DNA of 64,000 bases from Monocercomonoides exilis PA203 (GCA_001643675.2 LSRY02000047.1:1-64000); one strand, 5' to 3'. Counted from the first letter of the stretch, positions 1-8,071 are shown. Numbers and translations: made by a program. The notes: generated by a model not told the origin, from the letters alone.

Positions 1-1440
1 AACCCTAACCCTAACCCTAACCCTAACCCTAACCCTAACCCTAACCCTAACCCTAACCCTAACCCTAACCCTAACCCTAACCCTAACCCTAACCCTAACC
101 CTAACCCTAACCCTAACCCTAACCCTAACCCTAACCCTAACCCTAACCTAACCCTAACCCTAACCCTAACCCTAACCCTAACCCTAACCCTAACCCTAAC
201 CCTAACCCTAACCCTAACCCTAACCCTAACCCTAACCCTAACCCTAACCCTAACCCTAACCCCTAACCCTAACCCTAACCCTAACCCTAACCCTAACCCT
301 AACCCTAACCCTAACCCTAACCCTAACCCCTAACCCTAACCCTAACCCTAACCCTAACCCTAACCCTAACCCTAACCCTAACCCTAACCCCTAACCCTAA
401 CCCTAACCCTAACCCTAACCCTAACCCTAACCCTAACCCTAACCCTAACCCTAACCCTAACCCTAACCCTAACCCTAACCCTAACCCTAACCCTAACCCT
501 AACCCTAACCCTAACCCTAACCCTAACCTAACCCTAACCCTAACCCTAACCCTAACCCCTAACCCTAACCCTAACCCTAACCCTAACCCTAACCCTAACC
601 TAACCCTAACCTAACCCTAACCCTAACCCTAACCCTAACCCTAACCCTAACCCTAACCCTAACCCTAACCCTAACCCTAACCCTAACCCTAACCCTAACC
701 CTAACCCTAACCCTAACCCTAACCCTAACCCTAACCCTAACCCTAACCTAACCCTAACCCTAACCCTAACCCTAACCCTAACCCCTAACCCTAACCTAAC
801 CCTAACCCTAACCCTAACCTAACCTAACCCTAACCCTAACCCTAACCTAACCCCTAACCCTAACCCTAACCCTAACCTAACCCTAACCCTAACCCTAACC
901 CTAACCCTAACCCTAACCCTAACCCTAACCCTAACCCTAACCCTAACCCTAACCCTAACCCTAACCCTAACCCTAACCCTAACCCTAACCCTAACCCCTA
1001 ACCCTAACCCTAACCCTAACCCTAACCCTAACCCTAACCCTAACCCTAACCCTAACCCTAACCCTAACCCTAACCCTAACCCTAACCCTAACCCTAACCC
1101 TAACCCTAACCCTAACCCTAACCCCTAACCCTAACCCTAACCCTAACCCTAACCCTAACCCCTAACCCTAACCCTAACCCTAACCCTAACCCTAACCCCT
1201 AACCCTAACCCTAACCCTAACCCTAACCCTAACCCTAACCCTAACCCTAACCCTAACCCTAACCCTAACCCTAACCCTAACCCTAACCCTAACCTAGTTT
1301 GAACCCTAACCCTAACCCTAACCCTAACCCTAACCCTAACCCTAACCCTAACCCTAACCCTAACCCTAACCCTAACCCTAACCCTAACCTAACCCTAACC
1401 CTAACCCTAACCCTAACCCTAACCTAACCCTAACCCTAAC
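1..1440. repeat. Telomeric repeat tract (CCCTAA)n = (TTAGGG)n on the - strand; left chromosome end
   Basis: Near-perfect CCCTAA hexamers from base 1 to ~1440, with occasional CCTAA/CCCCTAA variants; C-rich strand on +, as expected for a left end. Confidence 0.98.
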
Positions 1441-1776
1441 CAAGTCTGTTCTCTTTCCTTGAGCTGGAGGTTCTCCGAATTCCTCATAATCTCCATCCTT
1501 TTTTACATATTCTATACACGCTTTTGGTCCCTTTTTAGGGATTTCTATATCAGCACGTGGACATAGTGCTTTGACTGTATCGAAACTTCTTGGTGTAGCA
1601 AATTGAACATATACATGTATGTGTGGGGTCCCAGTCGAAGGCGCTTTTTCTTTTCCGATAATCATGTATTTGCATCTTACATCTAACAAAGCTTGATATT
1701 CCTCTGGTGTAAAGTTATTTAACGTTAAGAAATAACTTCTATGCTGAGCGTTTCTTTGTTTTTGAATCTTCGGCAT
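1441..1776 (-). pseudogene. rep: Strain-A Rep truncated by the telomere (HUH endonuclease domain only; the frame continues into telomeric VR/LG codons to 1384)
   Basis: RCR motif I FLTLNN, motif II PHIHVY, motif III YVKKD, then ...QGKRTDL followed directly by GTTAGGG repeats; no helicase domain. Confidence 0.9.
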
Positions 1777-1798
1777 TATATATTCCGTTTTATGGGTT

Positions 1799-1836
1799 TA
1801 CGGAAGTTGCCCTTAATATTACTGGCAACTTCCGTA
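1799..1836 (+). promoter_or_regulatory. Rolling-circle origin hairpin 1 (strain A)
   Basis: 13-bp stem TACGGAAGTTGCC/GGCAACTTCCGTA with a 12-nt loop containing TAATATTAC (1814-1822); direct repeat ACTTCCGTAGTC x2 at 1828-1851. Confidence 0.95.
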
Positions 1837-1862
1837 GTCACTTCCGTAGTCAGCCAATTATT

Positions 1863-2282
1863 ATGGGTTGTGATCAAAATTTTTGTATGGTGAGATTTGC
1901 TTGGTTAGGTGATATTCCGGTTACAAAAGAAGCAGTGATTGAAGAATTGGATGTGATGTGGGCTCCGAGATGGACCAGAGCGTGGGAGCTACAGATGGAA
2001 AATGTTGATTGGTATATAGGTAGGGCTTTACATGTAGTAGCCAAAGCTCGAGAGGAGTTTGATAGGGTTTATTTGATAATGAAAGCACGTAATAGACGAA
2101 GGCCTAGGGCTCAGCGTAGGGTAGGCAGTGAGCGGAATCAAATAGCATCATTTCAAAGACATTGTTATCCATTAATTAAAAGAGTTTATAATTTATTTAT
2201 GCATAAACATGTTGAGATTTATAGAGCATTTAATGGTAGATGGAATGTACCTTGGCTATTTCAAGGGATACATTTTGAATAA
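1863..2282 (+). CDS. Viral ORF-X, strain A (139 aa, unknown function)
   Basis: ATG-initiated ORF; shares WAPRWTRAWxLQM, NRRRPR and FxGxWNxP motifs with the strain-B ORF at the same position. Confidence 0.8.
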   Translation: MGCDQNFCMVRFAWLGDIPVTKEAVIEELDVMWAPRWTRAWELQMENVDWYIGRALHVVAKAREEFDRVYLIMKARNRRRPRAQRRVGSERNQIASFQRHCYPLIKRVYNLFMHKHVEIYRAFNGRWNVPWLFQGIHFE

Positions 2283-2348
2283 CCATTATTTTATTTTATG
2301 TTTCTAGATATTGATCTGAAAATTCCTTTTTTTACTTTACATTTTTTC

Positions 2349-3581
2349 ATGTCGATTGTTAAATATAAACCACTACAAACATTAGGTTTTGGATCTAGAT
2401 TGCTGAAATCTTTTTATTCTCATACAACGCCACAAACTAGGCAACGTATGTTTCATGCAGCAGTTAATTTTGGTAGAAATGTAGGTTCTAGATTGTTATC
2501 TAGTGCTAGGGAATCATATAGAGCTGATCGTATTAATCGAGCCAGAAAAATTGGTGCTGATTTGTATGGTCAAGGACGTGTACAAAACTGGAAGCAGGTT
2601 AAACAGACTGGTGTAGGGAAAAAGATACATAGACGTGGACGTAGGTATAAATTTAGACTTAGACGTATGATGAAAAGGAGATTTAGGATAGGGAAAAGAA
2701 AGTATCTAAATTGGATGTATAAGAATAGACCTGCGATTTATAGATCATTTACGTCGGATACTTTTTCAGTTCAAGTTTACAATATGCCTTTTTATCAAGC
2801 TGGTACACCAGCTACTGTTTATCCAGCTAATTCTATATATTCATTTAATGTATCCAATGTGCAACCTATACCATTTTCTAATATAGATGCTGATTATATT
2901 TTATATAAACAACGATGGGAATTTTTATTTAAGTTTATTGGTAATGCTAATGCAACAAAGGATTATACTCATGCATATATTAGAGTTATATCTTTTCGTA
3001 AGTATGGATCTGCTGTAACAAATGATGTTCAAGAATCGCTTTGGTCTATGTTTAAATATCCTTATTTATTAACTTCGGGATATGTGACAGGGTTTAAATC
3101 CCGTTGGCTTAAGGAGTTTGGAATTCAATTATATTCAGATAAACTTCTTAGGGTTTCTGATGATACAAACTGGGCTACGGAATACAAAATTAATTTTTAT
3201 CCTAATATGCATACAAGATATAACAGTTCATTTGATGCTAATAGATGGTTTTATAGAATATTTATTATATGTGGTTTTGGAGTAGAAGATAAATTTGAAA
3301 ATTTATATACGAATACTCCTAATTTAACTTTACAGACTGATTATGTTCGTACTTCCTTATGGAAATTTGTGTCTGGTATGCCATTAGGTACTGGTGATAT
3401 TTCTCGGTTGACAATAACAGGGTTACCTAATAAAAATCAAAGTGTAGCCCCTAGGTTAGGGGGATTTGATGAACGGGAGGGTAGTGGTCTAAGCGGTAAT
3501 GAACCCGCGGGTGAAACAGGCGCCACCGGTTCGACCCCTACCCCCTCCTCTTCTTTTACTATTTTACATGATGATAATTAA
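2349..3581 (+). CDS. cap: Putative capsid protein, strain A (~410 aa)
   Basis: Virion-sense ORF opposite Rep; Arg/Lys-rich segment (HRRGRRYKFRLRRMMKRRFR) followed by an aromatic, beta-strand-like body; start set at MSIVK by alignment with strain B (the ORF track starts at 2298). Confidence 0.8.
   Translation: MSIVKYKPLQTLGFGSRLLKSFYSHTTPQTRQRMFHAAVNFGRNVGSRLLSSARESYRADRINRARKIGADLYGQGRVQNWKQVKQTGVGKKIHRRGRRYKFRLRRMMKRRFRIGKRKYLNWMYKNRPAIYRSFTSDTFSVQVYNMPFYQAGTPATVYPANSIYSFNVSNVQPIPFSNIDADYILYKQRWEFLFKFIGNANATKDYTHAYIRVISFRKYGSAVTNDVQESLWSMFKYPYLLTSGYVTGFKSRWLKEFGIQLYSDKLLRVSDDTNWATEYKINFYPNMHTRYNSSFDANRWFYRIFIICGFGVEDKFENLYTNTPNLTLQTDYVRTSLWKFVSGMPLGTGDISRLTITGLPNKNQSVAPRLGGFDEREGSGLSGNEPAGETGATGSTPTPSSSFTILHDDN
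3479..3543 (+). other. Conserved covarying 65-nt stem-loop in the cap 3' end (strain A copy; strain B equivalent at 6351-6415 and in every B unit)
   Basis: Arms GGGTAGTGGTC/GACCCCTACCC in A versus GGACAGTGGCG/CGCCCCTGTTC in B; same 43-nt interior and same T.C mismatch; four compensatory pair changes. Confidence 0.7.
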
Positions 3582-3674
3582 TAATTTTTTTTTTGAAAAA
3601 AACATTTCAATTATAATAAAATACGCATGTTAAACTTTACAGAGATGACTATATATAAAAATAAAATTTATAAA

Positions 3675-4637
3675 TTAAATTTGGTTAGAAAAATCTGATT
3701 CTTCTGGATTCGGTTCTGTTTCTTGTGTTTCAAATAGATTTGATGGTAGAGGAGTATTTTCATCTTCAATATCTATTGTTGTAATTCTTTCTCTTATTTG
3801 TTGTATATCTTCTGTTCTTAAGCTAGTAAATTTATTAAGCCATTCCGATTCTGGCCCAACTATGTCAGTGAAGTATACTACGTCAGCGCTGAAAACTGTA
3901 CTACCTCCTTTTACAGGTACTGTTGGATTGTACCATGGGTCGCAGATTTTTAACCATAGATTGAATGGCAAACCACAATCTGCTCTAAAGTCGTCGAATA
4001 TAGCTATCTCTTCTCCACTGTAGTTATCTATGAACGAACCTGTTTGTGGCCAATGGTAAATTCTCATACCGAATAATGTTTGCATTTCTTGAGCTCGTGT
4101 TTCAACTAATCTGGTTTTTCCTGTTCTTGCTTTTCCGTGAACCCAAAATACTTTGCGTGGTTCTTTTCTCATGCCTTGTTTTGTCCATACTTTTAGATAG
4201 GATAAATCCTTGATACCTTTTGAATGTAGGATAAATTGATCAGGATGCTCTTCAGATATTTCCATTATAGATTTACCTTCAGCTATTTTATCTGCTACTA
4301 TTTTTAGGTCTGATCTTTTACCCTGAATTGGGCAACTTCCATACTCCTCAAAATCCCCATCCTTTTTGATGTAGTCAATACATGCTTTTGCTCCTTTTTT
4401 AGGAACTTCAATATCTGCTCTTGGACACAGAGCTTTCATAGCATCGAAAGATCTAGGGTTCTCTAGCTGTATGAACACGTGCAAATGTGGTGTGCCTGTG
4501 CTTGGTGCTTTCTCCTTGCCTATTATCATATACTTGCAGCGGACATCCAGCAACGCTTGGTACTCTTCCGGTGTGAAATTATTAAGTGTTAAGAAGTATG
4601 ATCTATGTCTGTTTTGTTTTTGTTGAATTCTCGGCAT
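3675..4637 (-). CDS. rep: Rep (HUH endonuclease + SF3 helicase), B/A chimera, 320 aa
   Basis: Motifs FLTLNN, PHLHVF, YIKKD; Walker A GKARTGKT; Walker B IAIFDDF; Arg finger IRER; identical to strain B from 3954 to 4637 and divergent from 3675 to 3953. Confidence 0.95.
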   Translation of the reverse strand: MPRIQQKQNRHRSYFLTLNNFTPEEYQALLDVRCKYMIIGKEKAPSTGTPHLHVFIQLENPRSFDAMKALCPRADIEVPKKGAKACIDYIKKDGDFEEYGSCPIQGKRSDLKIVADKIAEGKSIMEISEEHPDQFILHSKGIKDLSYLKVWTKQGMRKEPRKVFWVHGKARTGKTRLVETRAQEMQTLFGMRIYHWPQTGSFIDNYSGEEIAIFDDFRADCGLPFNLWLKICDPWYNPTVPVKGGSTVFSADVVYFTDIVGPESEWLNKFTSLRTEDIQQIRERITTIDIEDENTPLPSNLFETQETEPNPEESDFSNQI

Positions 4638-4660
4638 TATATCTTCTGATCTATGGGTGA

Positions 4661-4698
4661 CACGGAAGTTGCCCTTAATATTACTGGCAACTTCCGTG
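4661..4698 (+). promoter_or_regulatory. Rolling-circle origin hairpin 2 (strain B)
   Basis: Stem CACGGAAGTTGCC/GGCAACTTCCGTG; TAATATTAC at 4676-4684; iterated GCAACTTCCGT. Confidence 0.95.
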
Positions 4699-4740
4699 CA
4701 ACTTCCGTGCTTCCGAAATAATTATGGGTGTGATCGATTT

Positions 4741-5145
4741 ATGGAAGTGTTAACCGATGAAATGTGGTTTATTGATGTTCCTGTCACTTTGGAAGCATTT
4801 GAAGAAGATGTTAGTGAGAATTGGGCACCTCGCTGGACACGTGCTTGGGGTTTACAAATGAAGAATGCTATGGAATACTTAGATTTATTGCAGCGTGTTA
4901 GTGATAAAGCATGGGAGAAATTTGCTAAGCTGCATGATTGGATGGTGTTTAAGAATCGCAGACGACCTCGAGGATTACGTAAGCAAGGTTCTAAAGATAG
5001 GCAATTAGTCGCATGGAGAAAATTGTTATATAAATTTTTGAAGTCTCATTTTAATAATTATTTAAGGAATCATAATCAGATATTTTATGAATTTCATGGT
5101 GCATGGAATAATCCTTATATTTTAAGAGAAATTAATTATTATTAA
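4741..5145 (+). CDS. Viral ORF-X, strain B (134 aa from the first in-frame ATG)
   Basis: Homologous to 1863-2282; the ORF-track GTG start at 4657 runs through the origin hairpin and is unlikely. Confidence 0.75.
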   Translation: MEVLTDEMWFIDVPVTLEAFEEDVSENWAPRWTRAWGLQMKNAMEYLDLLQRVSDKAWEKFAKLHDWMVFKNRRRPRGLRKQGSKDRQLVAWRKLLYKFLKSHFNNYLRNHNQIFYEFHGAWNNPYILREINYY

Positions 5146-5211
5146 CCATAATTTTATTTTATATGTCTTGATTTTGATCATGAAATTCCTTCTTTTCCAC
5201 ATCAGTATTTT

Positions 5212-6450
5212 ATGTCTATTGTGAAGTTTACACCTGGTCAATTAACAACAGGCTTACCTAGAAAATTATTTAATACTTTTATGTCTAGGACTACTCCTCA
5301 GACTAGGGCTAGGATTTTCCATGGTGCTGTAGGGTTAGGTAGAACAGCTTTAGGTTATGTTGCTAATGCTGCTCGTACAGCCTATCGAAATGATAGATTA
5401 AATCGTTCTAGGGTTAGCTTATCTAAAATGATAGGTCAGGGAAGAGTGCAGAATTGGAAACAGATTAAGCAAACTGGAACAGGTAAAAAGATTCATAGGA
5501 GAGGAAGGCGTAGTAGATATAGAATTAGAAGGATAAAAGCTCGTAAGTATCGTATTAGAAAGAGAAAATATTTAGGCTGGCTATATAAGAATAGACCTCC
5601 AATTTATCAGTCATATCATGGTGGTGAATTTAAATTTAGTCTTTACAATATGGCTGTTTATGTAGGTGATCAAAGTGTAGAAGAGTATCCTTCTGATAGT
5701 ATATATTCATTTAGGGTTACTGGTGAAGTTCCTCCTCAGTTAGAGTCTCCTAAAGTTGATTATATTTTGTATAAGCAACGGTGGGAGTTTATAATTAATA
5801 TACAAGCTGGATCTCTTCAGCCTTCTGCTTTTACTCATGCTTATGTTAGAGTATTGGTGTTTAGAAAGTGGGGTAGTGATATAACGAACTCGTTACAAAC
5901 TAGTTTATGGTCTATGTTTAAAAATCCTGCTATTATGACTAGTGGTTATGTCACCGGTTTTAGACGTAGGTGGTGCAAAGAATTTGGAGTTCAATTATAT
6001 CAGGATAAATTGCTTAGAATCAGTGATGAGACTAATTGGACAACTGAGTTTAAGTGTAATTTCTATCCTAATATTCATTCAAGATATAACTCTACTTTTG
6101 ATCAAGATTATTGGCATTATCAGATATATCTTATAGGTGGTTATGGCCCTGAAGATAAGTTTAATAATTTATGGAATGGTTCTGGTTCTTCGGAGTTGAA
6201 TGTTAGTGTTAAATATATTAGACTTAATCAATGGAAGTATGTGTCTGGGATGCCTCTTACTGCTGGTCAGTTGGATGTATTTAAGGTTTCTGGTATCCCA
6301 GATAAAATTCAGAGCAATCAACCTCGAATCGGTGGAGTTGATGTAAATGTGGACAGTGGCGGAGAGGGAAAAGATCTGGCCAGTGAAAGCGGCGCCTCCA
6401 GTTCCGCCCCTGTTCATAACAAATCTTTTAATATTTTGCATGATGATTAA
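5212..6450 (+). CDS. cap: Putative capsid protein, strain B (412 aa)
   Basis: Arg-rich segment HRRGRRSRYRIRRIKARKYRIRKRK; colinear with strain-A Cap (shared blocks such as DYILYKQRWEF and TSGYVTGF). Confidence 0.8.
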   Translation: MSIVKFTPGQLTTGLPRKLFNTFMSRTTPQTRARIFHGAVGLGRTALGYVANAARTAYRNDRLNRSRVSLSKMIGQGRVQNWKQIKQTGTGKKIHRRGRRSRYRIRRIKARKYRIRKRKYLGWLYKNRPPIYQSYHGGEFKFSLYNMAVYVGDQSVEEYPSDSIYSFRVTGEVPPQLESPKVDYILYKQRWEFIINIQAGSLQPSAFTHAYVRVLVFRKWGSDITNSLQTSLWSMFKNPAIMTSGYVTGFRRRWCKEFGVQLYQDKLLRISDETNWTTEFKCNFYPNIHSRYNSTFDQDYWHYQIYLIGGYGPEDKFNNLWNGSGSSELNVSVKYIRLNQWKYVSGMPLTAGQLDVFKVSGIPDKIQSNQPRIGGVDVNVDSGGEGKDLASESGASSSAPVHNKSFNILHDD

Positions 6451-6540
6451 ATTTTTTATAAACATTTCATTTTAAATTAACACGCATGTTATAACTGTAC
6501 AGAAGTGACTATATAAAAAATAAAAATGAATTAAAAAGTA

Positions 6541-7497
6541 TTAATTTATTTCTTGTTCTTCGTCATTGTTAGGTTCCGTGTTTTGTGTCTCCAAGAAGTT
6601 AGAAGGTAATGGTGTTTCTTCTGATTCTATGTCAATGATTGTTACTCTTTCTCTGATTTGCATGACGTCTTCATTTCTTAAGGATTTCATTTTGTTTAGC
6701 CATTCGCTTTCTGGTCCGACGATGTCTGTGAAGTATACTACGTCAGCTATGAAAACAGTTGAACCACCCTTTACAGGTACAGTAGGGTTGTACCAAGGAT
6801 CACAAAGTTTTAGCCATAGATTGAATGGCAAACCACAATCTGCTCTAAAGTCGTCGAATATAGCTATCTCTTCTCCACTGTAGTTATCTATGAACGAACC
6901 TGTTTGTGGCCAATGGTAAATTCTCATACCGAATAATGTTTGCATTTCTTGAGCTCGTGTTTCAACTAATCTGGTTTTTCCTGTTCTTGCTTTTCCGTGA
7001 ACCCAAAATACTTTGCGTGGTTCTTTTCTCATGCCTTGTTTTGTCCATACTTTTAGATAGGATAAATCCTTGATACCTTTTGAATGTAGGATAAATTGAT
7101 CAGGATGCTCTTCAGATATTTCCATTATAGATTTACCTTCAGCTATTTTATCTGCTACTATTTTTAGGTCTGATCTTTTACCCTGAATTGGGCAACTTCC
7201 ATACTCCTCAAAATCCCCATCCTTTTTGATGTAGTCAATACATGCTTTTGCTCCTTTTTTAGGAACTTCAATATCTGCTCTTGGACACAGAGCTTTCATA
7301 GCATCGAAAGATCTAGGGTTCTCTAGCTGTATGAACACGTGCAAATGTGGTGTGCCTGTGCTTGGTGCTTTCTCCTTGCCTATTATCATATACTTGCAGC
7401 GGACATCCAGCAACGCTTGGTACTCTTCCGGTGTGAAATTATTAAGTGTTAAGAAGTATGATCTATGTCTGTTTTGTTTTTGTTGAATTCTCGGCAT
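6541..7497 (-). CDS. rep: Rep, strain B (318 aa, intact)
   Basis: RCR motifs I-III, Walker A GKARTGKT, Walker B DDF. Confidence 0.95.
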   Translation of the reverse strand: MPRIQQKQNRHRSYFLTLNNFTPEEYQALLDVRCKYMIIGKEKAPSTGTPHLHVFIQLENPRSFDAMKALCPRADIEVPKKGAKACIDYIKKDGDFEEYGSCPIQGKRSDLKIVADKIAEGKSIMEISEEHPDQFILHSKGIKDLSYLKVWTKQGMRKEPRKVFWVHGKARTGKTRLVETRAQEMQTLFGMRIYHWPQTGSFIDNYSGEEIAIFDDFRADCGLPFNLWLKLCDPWYNPTVPVKGGSTVFIADVVYFTDIVGPESEWLNKMKSLRNEDVMQIRERVTIIDIESEETPLPSNFLETQNTEPNNDEEQEIN

Positions 7498-7520
7498 TAT
7501 ATCTTCTGATCTATGGGTGA

Positions 7521-7558
7521 CACGGAAGTTGCCCTTAATATTACTGGCAACTTCCGTG
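7521..7558 (+). promoter_or_regulatory. Origin hairpin 3
   Basis: Same stem; TAATATTAC at 7536. Confidence 0.95.
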
Positions 7559-7600
7559 CAACTTCCGTGCTTCCGAAATAATTATGGGTGTGATCGATTT

Positions 7601-8005
7601 ATGGAAGTGTTAACCGATGAAATGTGGTTTATTGATGTTCCTGTCACTTTGGAAGCATTTGAAGAAGATGTTAGTGAGAATTGGGCACCTCGCTGGACAC
7701 GTGCTTGGGGTTTACAAATGAAGAATGCTATGGAATACTTAGATTTATTGCAGCGTGTTAGTGATAAAGCATGGGAGAAATTTGCTAAGCTGCATGATTG
7801 GATGGTGTTTAAGAATCGCAGACGACCTCGAGGATTACGTAAGCAAGGTTCTAAAGATAGGCAATTAGTCGCATGGAGAAAATTGTTATATAAATTTTTG
7901 AAGTCTCATTTTAATAATTATTTAAGGAATCATAATCAGATATTTTATGAATTTCATGGTGCATGGAATAATCCTTATATTTTAAGAGAAATTAATTATT
8001 ATTAA
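7601..8005 (+). CDS. Viral ORF-X, strain B
   Basis: Same protein as 4741-5145. Confidence 0.75.
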   Translation: MEVLTDEMWFIDVPVTLEAFEEDVSENWAPRWTRAWGLQMKNAMEYLDLLQRVSDKAWEKFAKLHDWMVFKNRRRPRGLRKQGSKDRQLVAWRKLLYKFLKSHFNNYLRNHNQIFYEFHGAWNNPYILREINYY

Positions 8006-8071
8006 CCATAATTTTATTTTATATGTCTTGATTTTGATCATGAAATTCCTTCTTTTCCACATCAGTATTTT

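Noticed and set aside
1291-1305. Non-telomeric interruption (CTAGTTTGAACC) in the telomere
   Set aside because: Only a few bases long and indistinguishable from base-calling error
2280-2282. TAA/TAG-to-Gln recoding (known in some oxymonads) to explain the in-frame ORF-X/Cap
   Set aside because: The long viral and host ORFs contain no internal TAA/TAG, and many of them end in TAA
3490-3535. Hammerhead ribozyme or tRNA-like gene in the cap hairpin (GA-stem-GAAAC; GGTTCGACCCC B-box-like)
   Set aside because: The CUGANGA core is absent (GUAAUGA in A, GAAAAGA in B), no T-stem forms, and the B-box-like word is not kept in strain B
4657-4740. GTG-initiated N-terminal extension of ORF-X
   Set aside because: It runs through the origin hairpin and iterons and has no counterpart in the strain-A ORF
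5942-6883. Small overlapping ORFs (64, 98 and 105 aa) repeated in each B unit
   Set aside because: They recur only because the units are identical; they are not called in strain A and are shadow frames of cap/rep
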